64,000 bases of DNA from the human T2T-CHM13v2.0 reference genome, Homo sapiens. The notes under the pieces are model-generated. The model did no database searches. It was not told where the DNA came from and was given only the letters and a program-made list of their open reading frames with translations. Both the position numbers and the translations under genes were made by a program. Shown here in pieces: positions 42,759 through 56,353 of this stretch (positions within the stretch are counted from its first letter, which is position 1; every line of letters begins with the position of its first letter). Location: the NCBI RefSeq assembly GCF_009914755.1, contig NC_060928.1. The stretch is one strand, 5' to 3'.

Positions 42759-43253
42759 TGATGGGGTTCAAGACACAGTACCCCAGTATATGGCACCTTG
42801 GCATTTAAGAAAGCAGCAGAAGCAGGAAGTCTTTCTCCACACTCTTCTCCCATGAAGCAGGCCATAAAAGAATTATCTGACCTTCCTCTGAAGCAGGTTA
42901 TAAGACCCTTTTGTGAGAGATGCCCTCCCTAAACCTAGAAGAATGTCCTTATCTCTGAAGACACAGGGACACAGAGAAGAATCTGAACAAACTAAGTTTC
43001 CCCCAGTTTATTACCATTATATCATACCCCTTTTGTGCAGTCATCCTTCTCTACAACTATCCACTCTTTCATCAAACTTAGCAAAAAAAATACACTGATT
43101 TCCCTTTTTCTTTGGTTCTTTATTTCTGAAGGCTCTTGAGTCACATAAAACTTAAATAAATTTGTATGCTTGTTTCTTGACAATTTCCTTTTTGTTACGG
43201 GTGTTTCAGCCATATTTTAGCCACTGGTGGGAAAAAAAATCTTTTCTCCTTCA
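42759..43253 (+). mobile_element. ERV1-class solo LTR (family uncertain)
   Basis: TG start TGATGGGGTTCAAGACAC..TACCCC...TATGGCACCTTGGCAT; AATAAA near the 3' end; no clean TSD seen. Confidence 0.6.
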
Positions 43254-43953
43254 GAACAGGGTGGTTGATCAGGTCAAATTCTTATGAATTGGTGAGGGTT
43301 GGGCTAGAAAGGAAGCCACTTAGAACAAATGAAGGAAGTCATGAAACCTCACGGCCTGTTGAAAGCTTCTCATTTATTCCTGTTCACAGTATGAGACAGA
43401 TCTAATGAAACAGAAATTTTAATACTATAAGAAGTCTTGAATTTGTTTCAATTTTCAACCCTTTGATAAAGAAAAGCTAATATATAATAATAAATTGATA
43501 GCATATACATGCACAAAGGAAAGACAGAATCTGTTTTATTAATCTTAGAAACAAATATTAATAGAGTCAACAAGCCTGGAAAAAGATGAAAATGTGTTTT
43601 TCTAGTGTTCAACCTGAAAATCTAAGTAAGAACTTTGATTCTTTGGGAAGCCAACCCTTAGAAATTGGGTTACAGGCTAGTCTTTCTTTAACCATCTCAG
43701 AAAAAGCAATCAAACAACTGTAGTCTTTTCTCTGAAATCTGGAGAAACAGGAAAAATCTGCATTTGTGTTTTGCCAGTGTTCAAATCTAAATGACCTGAG
43801 GTGTGGTAGAAAGCACGCTGGGGAGTCAATAGTTGCTCAGTCGGTTGCTTCCTAACCTTCAGCAAGGGGCCTGGGAGTTTCCCTCAAGAGGGACGACATT
43901 AATTTAAAATGCTACTCATGTAGGTAATCTACAACCTTGGAAATGGTATCTCT

Positions 43954-44396
<443 letters not shown>

Positions 44397-44659
44397 TTAT
44401 TAGTGTTTTCCAACTGCAGCCTGTGGAAGCTGTGTTAGCGGCATCCTAAATCACTTGCTGAAGTCATCACCCTACAAGGGAAGAGTCCATCTGGTTATCC
44501 AATGGGATGAGGCTTCTCCTTAACTTCTTGCACCTCCTTTTACTCTGATTCTATACTCACCAAGCAAACTTCTGACCTAAATTTTATTTTTCAATTAGAC
44601 TTCCCTCCTGTAAGTAAAATGATATGAAGGTTCAGATTGCTTCACAGGTAACCTTTTAG

Positions 44660-45070
<411 letters not shown>

Positions 45071-45377
45071 TAACATGAATGAGTCCCTGAACGTCTGTCT
45101 ATTTAGTAGTTGGACTAATAAAAGTTAATTTCTGAGCATACTCAGTTTTAAACTGATGGAACTTCACCAAGATTTACTTGCCCTAAGAGTTTCCATTTGG
45201 AAAAAAAAAAAAAAACCCTGCCAAACATTTTTTTTTTTTTACCAACTTTTGAACTGCAATATGGATGAACTGAAACTCACATTCTTTCATTTAACCTGAA
45301 AAATAGTTTGTGAAATCTTGACATGTGTAATACTTATGTTTGTTTAAAATATGTTTAAAACTTTAGTTTAAATTAAA

Positions 45378-45660
45378 GTAATCCCGGCACTATCACTTGA
45401 AGCCAGGAGTCTGAGACCAGCCTGGGCAACATAGTGAGACCTTGTCTCAACAACAAAAAATAAATAAAACAAAAATAGCAGGGTGTGGTGTCCCATGCCT
45501 GCAATTCTAGCTACTTTGGAGTCTGAGGTGGGAGGATCGCTTGATCCCAGGAGATCGAGGCTTCAGTGAGTTATGATTGCACCATTGCACTCCAGCCTGG
45601 GTGACAGGGCAAGATCCTGTCTCAAAAAAAACAAAACCAAACAACAATAACAAAAACCCA
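45378..45660 (+). mobile_element. AluJ, 5'-truncated or deleted
   Basis: Alu motifs. Confidence 0.85.
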
Positions 45661-47204
45661 AAAGTAAATTATATTATTGATGGTAATTATTGAGGCTATT
45701 CATTATATTATTCTTGAGTGTTCATTATAGTATTCTATTTTGTGTATTTTTGAAAATTTAAAAAGTAAAACCAAAACAAAAAACAAACAACAAGACATAC
45801 CAGGAGATTTAAAATCCATCTTCAAAGTACTTTCTAAAATGGAGGTAATGTGATTTGTTCTCTGCCTGGATTTTCGGTGTATTTGTCTCCACAACAAGTA
45901 AAACTTTAGCTCCAGTTACTTGGGCAATGCTATCAGGTGTCCACCAGTACTGCCTCTGGCTCTGAGTTCTTTCTGTGCCAGAAGGCACTATATTTGGATC
46001 TGGGTATAGCAGTTGATACTTTGGCTCCAGTTGTAATGAACCAACTCATTTCTTTTCTAGGAGGGATTGTTACTCATTTGCCCTTGCTAATCATGTTGAA
46101 GTGTTTTTAAAGAGGTAGCATTTTTATTTTCCTAGGGGGAATGTGTTTCTGCTGTATTGATGAAAGAATCAGAAGCTGGATTTTTTTTTTTTTTATGCAA
46201 GGTCTCGATCCCCTTGTATTTATATATATCCCCAAAATTTATATATATTTCCATCTTTGGGCTAGAAACACTTTAGTGTTACAGGGTCTAAGTTCTAAAA
46301 TGATGACACACTGATTTAATTGCCACTATATATATACATTTAATAATATGTTTCCAAATAACAAATTTACTAAATAATATAAATTATAAATTAATATAAA
46401 ACTATATTAAATATAACAAGACAACAAGAATTTGTCAAGGAATCTGACCAGATAAATATAAAGAAAACTAGAAATGTCTTTAGTTTTTTCCCCCCTCTGG
46501 AAGATTAAATCTCTTCCAGAGACTTATCGGTCCAATACATGTTTCAATTGATGTTAATTTGGAAAATGTGGTATTTATTTTGCCTATGTTTTTCACAGTA
46601 CTCTTTTTGTATTTCTTTAACTGGTGTGTTCACAGTGTTTGTTTAAAAAATTATCAAAATTGTCTTTTAACATTTAATATAAGTGATTAAGACTGCTCTA
46701 TGAAGATTGATTAAGGTGTGTCCATATCAAGTACTCGGTTTAAATTTTAAAATAAAATAAAATTACATAATTAAAATGTCTAATAGTTTGGTTCTACCTA
46801 GACCAAACTTGTAAATATTTTATTTTTTAGATTTAATTTGGATGTTTGACTGGTATTAATGGAACAACCATATATATGTCCCCATATTTTCCTTCCTAGA
46901 AGAAATTCATAGAGAAAACCAAACATTCTGTGAAGATTTAAATTTGATTTTTCTGCTTTTTCGCATACTGAAAAATAAGTTATTATTATCAAGAGCCCCC
47001 TTTCTGTAGGAAAGGCTATAAATCTTAAAAGAAATAAGGGTTTCAGCTTAAACGATTTGAGTAAATATTTTTCACAATGAGATTTAGGGATTTAGCTCCC
47101 AATCCTGAAGTGACTTTTATTATAATTAATCATTTTACCTTATTGTAGTTTACCTAATGCTGTGTGTCACTTACGCAAAACATAAAAATAGTCAAGAAAG
47201 TTTA

Positions 47205-47411
<207 letters not shown>

Positions 47412-47429
47412 TTAAGTACATACTCATAT

Positions 47430-47625
47430 AGGCAGATTGTCTGGCTTTAAAACCTGCGTCTGCCTATACTAGCTAGATGAACAACTGTGGGCAAGTTACA
47501 TTAACCCTGTGTCTTCATTTTCTTATCTGAAGAAACTATAATGTAAGTATCTAGGCTGCTGTGAGGATGAAATAAGTCAATATATACGAAGGATTCAAAA
47601 GAGTATTTAGCTTTTATTAAATGTT
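47430..47625 (+). mobile_element. MIR remnant
   Basis: TGGGCAAGTTAC...CTGTGTCTTCATTTTCTTATCTG...GTGAGGAT.AAAT. Confidence 0.6.
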
Positions 47626-48846
47626 TAATAAGAAATTGTTATAATTCAAAATTCCCATTTGTTCCACAGGTATTTGTTATATGTATATGAATTTTTATAA
47701 CCAAAGTAAGTGTATATAACAACATTATGTGTATTGATATGTACTAATACTGCTACTCCTAATTTTTAGTTTATTATAAAAGTAAAATATTTTCATAGAA
47801 AATTTGGAAAGTATAAAAAGCAAATAGAAGTATAATAAAATGACAGCAAGTTTCACCACCTAGAGGGCAACTATTGATAACATTTATAGTTGCACTTTTT
47901 CCATGAATTTTAAAATGTAAGCATTAATGTGTAAAATAATATTTAACTGAAAATGGTTAGATTTTGTTATTCATACCTAGCAAAACTCCTGTTATTTTGT
48001 TCATACCTTTAAATTTTGAGAAGAAGCAGGCCTCAAACTTTGGCTAGAGTATTGTTTAGAAAACATTTTGTCATGTGGAATAATCAGATCATGAAAATAT
48101 TTAGATTCCAGTTTCATATCCCATAGTTTAAAAAATTGTCTTGCTTACTTTCTTCATCTGTTAACTTTTCACAGCTGAGAGAAAGTGGCTTTGAGAATAC
48201 TCCCAGAATTAATTTTATGAAATTAAATGTTGATAGGTATGTGCATATTGCACAGACTGGCAGAATTTCTTGTGATGTGTAAATTAAATATTATCAGTGG
48301 GATAGTCTAGTTTTAGTATATGTTATTGATCCACAATCATTCTTTCATAGTACTTCTTATTTTAGAAACAATTCTATGCTTTAATCAGATTTTTAATGCA
48401 TTGATTCATCACTCTTAGGACTATATCCCTTACATTTTGGCTAGGAATGACATGCCTTAATGCATTCCACTATGACTATAAATGTGGGTACCTTCCAACC
48501 AAAATATTAGTTTCCTTGCTTTCCCAGAGTATATAAATGGATTTTAAAAACACTTAGTAGAGGTGCTATTTTTCGAGTGGAGAGATTTTCCTGTAAATAA
48601 CGCATGTTAAGATTAGGTTTCTCCAAGGACCTTTCTAATCCAAAATGCCACTTACTTTAAGACCTCATTTGTACATTTGCCTTCTTAATAATTATGTCCT
48701 CAAAGCCCTGCTATTGATAGAAAGATCCATGGAAAAGCTTCAGAAATTCTAAATCCAGAAATGAGAAAGACTATCTAATGAATCAGCAAAGATTAGATCA
48801 GTAGTTCGGGACCAAAAACCAAACTGAGATTTAAAAGCCAATTAAT

Positions 48847-49182
<336 letters not shown>

Positions 49183-49928
49183 TTAGAAAGTTGATAATGC
49201 AAAAAAAAAAAAAGATATTTATTTCAAGATTTTAAATGATGGTGGGTTATACCATACCACTTTAATGAAAATGCTTCTAAAAAATAAAGTGTCTAATTTA
49301 AAAAGTCAGCAATTTAAAAAATCCAAAAAGCAAAAATTCCAATATTTTTCCAACATATGAATTTGCTTTTGACATCACTTATATCTTTGGTGCATGATAG
49401 ACACTAAATAAGAGTGCATAGCATTTTAGTGATTTATGCAAAGGTGTTGATGATTAAAAGAGTCACCTATAATGTGTTAGTCAGGGTCTTGAGAGGAAAT
49501 CGATGGTATACTCAAATGTGTTTAATTGAAAATAATTTAATAAAGGACTCTGTATAGTGGTATGAGCAGGGTGTCTTCTACTACTACCTTTTATAAGTAA
49601 GATCTTTCTAACTGAGCATTATCACAGTGAGCATTCTCCGTGTCCTTTTTTTTTTCACATTTTTCTTAACTCGTTAGTAGAAACATGGAAGGCATTATGA
49701 TGAGTACATAAAGCTAATGATCTTTTCATTTATCTCTTTTTGGTATCCTAACACAGTGCTTCTCAACTCTTTTCACATCAAGGCAAACTTGGAAACTGGG
49801 GAAATGGATGAGGCTTCCAATTCCAGTATGCCCCACCTCCCAGGTTGAGAAGATTAATTTCTTGGCACAATCAACTAATTGGGAAATTCTGCTCCAGGTC
49901 CATTTCTTACTTTAATGTTCTTAAAATA

Positions 49929-50535
49929 GAGTAGTCCCCCCTTATCCATGTTTTCACTTTCTGCAGTTTCAGTTACTCATAGTCAACTGCAGTCCAAAAA
50001 TATTCCATGGAAAAATTCCATTAGAAAAATTCATGTTTTAAATTGCATGCTGTTCTGCGTAGTGTGATGAAATCTCACACCGTCCTGCTCCATCCCACCC
50101 AGGACATGAATCATTCCTTTGTCCAGCATATTCATGCTGCATATACTACCCACCCTGTTAGTCACTTAGCAGCCATCTTGGTTATTAGTTCTACTGTCCC
50201 TGTATGGCAGTGCTTATGTTCAAGTAATCCTTATTTTACTTAATAGTGGCCCCAAAGCATAAAAGTAGTGATGCTGGTATTTCGGACATGCCAAAGAGAA
50301 ACCATAAATCACTTCCTTTGAGTGAAAAGGTGAAAGTTCTTGACTTAATAAGGAAATAAAAAAATTGTATGCTGAAGTTACTAAGATCTATGGTAAGAAT
50401 GAATCTTCTATCCATGAAATAGTGAATGAAAAAGAAATTCATGCATAGTATATGTAGGGTTAGGTATTATTCTGGTTTCAGGCATCTACGAGGGGTCTTG
50501 AAATGTACCTTCTGAATATAATGGAGTAGTTACTG
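49929..50535 (+). mobile_element. MER44/Tigger7-like TcMar DNA transposon (internal deletion derivative)
   Basis: (C/G)AGTAGTCCCCCTTATCC start and ..TACTG end, both flanked by TA; stop-interrupted transposase N-terminus at about 50246 (APKHKSSDAGISDMPKRNHKSLPLSEKVKVLDLIRK*). Confidence 0.82.
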
Positions 50536-51984
50536 TAATGTCTTCATATAACATATTTTTACAATTATTGACCCACATGTTAGTTTCCATCTCATCTCCA
50601 AAATCGCTCCTACATATTCTCTATCCTCTCAACCACTCACCGGACTCCTCAGTGAACTGACTTTATCTGAGTAAAACATCAGACTGACTGAACCTTGATC
50701 TTATCATGAGGAATATTCCTCTACTTCTGAAATCTCAAGTTTGGGACTCTCTGATACCTTTTTTCAGTGTCCATCCTATCTATCCTTCTTATTTTTACCC
50801 CTCACTAACCAACCAATTGCCTTTTTTTTTCCTTACTAGAAACTGCCAGTAAAATGCATAGTTCCTTGCTCCTCTCCATTCAGTCAATATCAGTTATGAA
50901 TACCACCCACCAAACTGAGACTTGAATCCCTGAGGCTAGTTTAAACTTTGCCTTCTTCCTCAATTACACATTTTCTCAGTTACCCTAGGCTTCACGGATC
51001 TGCTCTTACAGTCTTTCTTTTCCATTATTCCTTTCCACTCTCTCCATGCCTGATTTAGTTCTGCCCTTCTCCCAGGATTCTTTAGTAAACTTTAGAATGA
51101 CACTGTGCCTTCTATCTTTTCTCCCTAAATTACCAAATGTTTCTTTAGTTATTAGAATAGTTAATGCTTCTTTTCCATTCTAGATTTTAAAATTTAAATG
51201 CTCATGAGTGGTTTATTTACCTTCCAGGATTAGGACTTAAAAGATAAATTGACTCAGTAATATAGGAACTTTTAAAAGACTGGCACTTCATAGTTTATTG
51301 GGTGCAACTGTAAAAACTTGTCACAGCCATGTCATGTTGTAATTAAGTTTCTGTTATTTTTGAAGTGCTACAAGAGGTTCTGAGTCATAGATTGGATAAT
51401 AAAATGTTAGAGAAAACATTTATATGCTTAGGTAAATACTGTGTTTAGAGGGACTATTCTTAAAAACTCTTCCTGCTAAGTAAGTTAATCTTTTGATCTC
51501 TTTCTCCCCCACCCCCCAACCCAGCTTTTCTTTCCCTGATTATGATAAAATGAAGCTTTTAATATGTTTTCCTTTGTGGTCAGTGCCTCATTACTTAGCC
51601 CTATAGAGTTAATGAGGCCAAGGACATTGGTTTGATTTCCCAATGGACCAGTAACTTCTGATCGTCTGTAGTCACAGGCTGTCCTTCAGACCATGGCCAA
51701 CCATTTCATAAATGTTAGTGATGAGGGAAACAGACAAGGGGAGTCAGAATGGCCCCGTGGCAATTCATTATAAAACAAGTTAAGGCATATGTCCTCCTGA
51801 AGTGGCTCAGGAGTTTCATCTTCCCTCATATACAAATTACTCAGCAGTTATTTTATTTCCATAATTTGCTATGGCTTACACCTCTATGGCCCTCAGCAGT
51901 GTTAGTTTCGAAAGCATTCCATCTTCCTCAGGTCTTTGGTCTGGATGGCTTACTGAATTTACCAAGAGACAGTGTGTTGCGATG

Positions 51985-53110
51985 AAAGTAACATGGTTTT
52001 TGGAATCAGACCTTTTGCTCTACTACCATCACTGATTAGCTGTGGGCGTGTGCCCTAGGTTAAATGTCTTAATCTCCAAGTTTCTATTTCTTCCTCTGAA
52101 AAAAGTCTACTTTATATGGTTGTAAGAATTAAGTAGAATAATGTACATAGGGCACCAAGAACATAGTACTTGGATAATGAAAGTCAAAGTTCTCTACTTG
52201 TTTTTTATGATACACAAATAAATCTAATCAATTGGTTAGGAAAGTTTTCATATGGCTACCATTTATTTAATCCTTACTTGGTGCGAAGCATGCTGTGTAA
52301 TGTTTTATATATATTATCTCTATTCCTCATGATAATCTCACAAGGTTATTTACAATGATCATTTCCTTTAAGATGAGGAAACAGATAAGTTGCTACCATC
52401 TGGAATGCATGGTTCTTAACTGAGCACAGTGCACATTAAACCGGAGACATAGCACTATCTCTAGGGAAGTAGTTTTTAAGCATTGCAGTTTAATAATTAC
52501 CTGGAGGTGGGGAGGGAGTGTTTGTTAAAAAGATTCCAAGGGCTCACCTACAAGGATTCTGAGTCCAGAGGGGATCCAGGAAAATGCAATTTTAACAAGC
52601 TATCCGTGTCATTTTGATGCAATCGGTCCTTTTTAGGACACTTGGATAAATATCAGTCTATGCAAGACAACTTAATTTGGTTAATTTACTCTGTAGCCCA
52701 GGATTTAAACTGCAGTAGTAGGAGGAGGTTCAGAGACAGGCTAGCAATTATGGGGTAAAGTGGAATTTGCATAAGTAAGCAACAGTCTGCCCATTCTCAA
52801 CTCTTCCTCATCACCTCAAGAAGCTTATCCTCTAGTGATAACTCCATAGGCTATCTGCAGTTGATGTCTTTAAATTAATCTTTGTTGATCCAGGATCAAT
52901 TTAACTGTATCAACAGCAAACAGATGAGAAGGGGCAGAGTTGGGACTCCTAGAGGTTAACTCGAGCCATGGCCCTGTGGAACTGGCAGAAGCTGTAATTG
53001 CTTGCGACCTATTATCTATAAATGAGGATGACATTCATTTTATAAAGTTCTTGTAAGGACTACCACACTGCATAGCACATGGTAGGTATTTGCTAATGGT
53101 AGCTATTGTT
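51985..53110. mobile_element. Cluster of MIR and MER5-like remnants
   Basis: MIR cores (TTGGAATCAGAC; AGATGAGGAAAC; TTGTAAGGA) and MER5-like GCAATTTTAACAAGC...TGATGC. Confidence 0.5.
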
Positions 53111-53282
53111 ATTTTTTTTTTATTTTTGGGTGAGATGTCAAACATGATAACATATATTAGACTCTCTAAACCAGCTTTCACACTAGGAAACACTTTCCCC
53201 CAAAGCCATCTTTTGAAAAATGTGGTGAAAGCTATGGACTGGTGCTGTCCAATGAAAATATAATGTGAAGCACATATGTAAT

Positions 53283-53571
53283 TTTATTTATTTATTTTTT
53301 TAGAAACAGGGTCTTCCTTTGTCACCCAGGCTGGAGTGCAAAGACAAGATCATAGTTCACTGCAGCCTCGAACTTCTGGGCTCAGCAATACAAATAGCTG
53401 GGACCTGGGACTACAGGCACACTACACGACGCCCAGCTAATTTTTTGGATTTTTTTAGAGATGGGTCTTGCTATGTTGCCTAGGTTAACCTCAAACTCCT
53501 GCCCTCAAGCCATCTTCTCACCTCAGCCTCCCAAGTGCTAGGATTATAGGTGTCAGCCACTGCACCCTGCT
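53283..53571 (-). mobile_element. AluJ SINE
   Basis: Diverged dimer. Confidence 0.88.
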
Positions 53572-53634
53572 CACGTAAGTAATTTTAAATTATCTAGTGG
53601 CCACATTTTTTTTAAAAAGTGAAATTAATTTTAA

Positions 53635-53949
<315 letters not shown>

Positions 53950-54151
53950 TAATCATGTATCATTTAACAAAACATAAAATATGATGATTTCAGCATATAA
54001 TCAATATAAAAATTATTGAGGCATTTTACATTATTTTTTCATACCAAGTCGTCGAAATCCAGTGTGCATTTTACACTTCCAACGCATTTCAATTTGGGCA
54101 TTATATTTTCAACTTTAGTCCTTAAATGTAGTGCTTAAAAGAAATGTTAAC

Positions 54152-54457
<306 letters not shown>

Positions 54458-55149
54458 TTATCCTGCTTCAGTTTTAAATGTTAAATTATTTAAAATTACG
54501 TAAAACAAAAAATTCATGGTCTCAGTTACAGTAGCCACATTTCAACTGTTCGATAGCCACATGTGGCCAGTGGCTACCGTTAGGGAAAGAGCAGCTTTGG
54601 ATCTTCGCCTTTGGAATTTTGCTTGCACTTCTGGGGGCCGGGGAGCTCACGGACCTCATGAAGTTCATCCTTGCTTTATATGCTCCTTGGTTAAGAATTG
54701 TCCTTTTCACGTTTTATAAGCCAATTCACAGTGTAACAGTCTAGTTACTTTCCGTATGTTCAGTGAACATTATTCACGTTTTCTTATGAATAAATTCCTC
54801 GGGCGTATCAAGCAACCCTATAGAAGGCTGGAAAGTGGACTATTGATTTGGATTTAGAAAAATAAACTGAAGATACAGTGGTTGAATCACTTTTGGCCGC
54901 TTTTATGTATCACTGTCTTCTGGTGTGATGGACAGGGTTAACTTCTGTTAGGGTTACTGGTTTTCACCTTCCTGACAGGTAAACTTCTGGGTCTGCACTT
55001 TTCAGAGCATGTAAAGCTCTTTCAAAAAAAAAAACGCAGGCAGTAACCGCTGAACTTGCATAGATAGAGATTTATCCAAAGTACCCTTCTATTTTTAGGC
55101 AGAGCAACTGCTTGCCAATTTAAATTTCTGGAGAGAAAAATGCACCCAC

Positions 55150-55970
55150 TACAAAACGGACGAGCGGAGGGTTAGACCTTTGCCAGGTAGCGCTCAAAAT
55201 CCGCTAAGACTACTCCCACCGAAACTCGGTAGCGCAGTTGTCTTTCCGCAGCTGCTTCAGCCAGCCCCAGCAAGCCCGAGCGCCCGGCGCCGCCGCCACC
55301 TTCCCCGCCCCTGCGCGGCGCGGCTGGGACTGGCCCAGAGGCGTGGCCGGGAGCGGAGGGGCGTGTCCTGGGTCGGGGGTGGGGCGAGGGAGAGCCAGGA
55401 GGCGGAAGTTCCCGCGGGCGGTGGGGACGGCGCCCTCACCGCGAGTCACTTGTCAGCCCTTGTCTGAGGCGGAGGCAGCCCCGCGCCGCGCCGGACCCGA
55501 GGTGAGTGGCGGCCGGCCGGCGATGCGCCTCTCGGATCTCCGGTGGGAGAAGGGAAAGAACCGGCCGCTGTGCGCCGAACGCGAGAAGGGAAGCCCGGTT
55601 GGGGACGAGGAGGGGGCGCTCCTCGGGCAGGGATGGCTCCTCAGGTGCTTTCTGGGCGCGGAGCGGCGGAGGTGGGAGAGCAGCTTGGGAAAAGGAGCGC
55701 CCGGAAAAGGGCAGCGCTGGAGTCCGCATGAGGCCAGAGGGCGAGCCCTGGGGTCCCCGCAGCCCGGGCCGACCGGGACCAGCGTAGCGGAGACGGGGAC
55801 GCGGGAGGGCGCCCGGAGGTGGCGAGGGCCGGCAGGGACGGGCACTGCCGCTCCCACCCACCCGGCTGCCGGCGTCGCCCGGCACCACCGTGGTGTGGTG
55901 TCTGAGTGCCCAGTCCTGCGCCAGTCTCTTGGAGGGTAGGAAGCGGGACTCAAAGGAAAAGGCGCGTTAG
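55150..55970 (+). promoter_or_regulatory. PDLIM5: CpG island / TATA-less promoter of PDLIM5
   Basis: Abrupt very high GC and CpG density; Sp/KLF boxes (GGAGGGGCGTGT, GGGGGTGGGGCG), ETS-like GCGGAAGT at 55402-55409, Inr-like TCACTT at 55446-55451. Confidence 0.92.
55444..55501 (+). other. PDLIM5: PDLIM5 exon 1 (non-coding 5'UTR); TSS approximate
   Basis: Consensus donor GAG|GTGAGT at 55501/55502 inside the CpG island; no ATG in the exon; next exon carries the start codon. Confidence 0.8.
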
Positions 55971-56343
55971 TTTTTCTTTGCTCCCAGGCTACTGAGAAGC
56001 ATTTATTTCTCCCCCAGATATTTACAGTTTTGTGTAACCTGTTTGGGGAAAACTTCTGCGCGTCCAGAAATAAAGCTCGTTTAAGAAACACATTTGTCAT
56101 GAACACGAGATTTGTTAACACTTGAGTACTTGTTGGGGCTTTTGTAAGACTGTGCCTTCGGTGCGTTTTACAATAAGTGGAAAAAGGAAGGGCGTGTGGA
56201 CAGGGCAGAGCTTGGAAGGAAAATTCGTGGCGGCGCTGGGCAGGGCAGATTTAGGGTGTGATCGCCAGATCCTATCCCAAGTCCGCCTTCCTGACGGGGA
56301 GGACGTCTGAACCCGCCTGCCACGGAAACGGCCCGTTCGGTAG

Positions 56344-56353
56344 CCTTATTTGG
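56344..56353. promoter_or_regulatory. CArG box in intron 1 (candidate SRF/MRTF site)
   Basis: CCTTATTTGG (reverse complement CCAAATAAGG) in a secondary CpG-rich patch. Confidence 0.55.

Noticed and set aside
47853-47872. CTCF-like CACCACCTAGAGGGCAAC
   Set aside because: Mismatched in the 5' core and set in AT-rich, probably L1M-derived sequence; much weaker than the 10364 site.
50246-50445. Transposase N-terminal coding remnant
   Set aside because: No ATG and an in-frame stop; part of a non-autonomous Tigger derivative, not a domesticated gene.
52628-52637. CArG consensus CCTTTTTAGG
   Set aside because: T-run core inside a MER5-like remnant; within chance expectation.
55180-56121. Long overlapping ORFs on both strands (233, 222 and 150 aa)
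   Set aside because: They lie in the CpG island, where stop codons are rare. Composition is Arg/Gly/Pro/Ala-rich with no recognisable domain, and several start at non-ATG codons.
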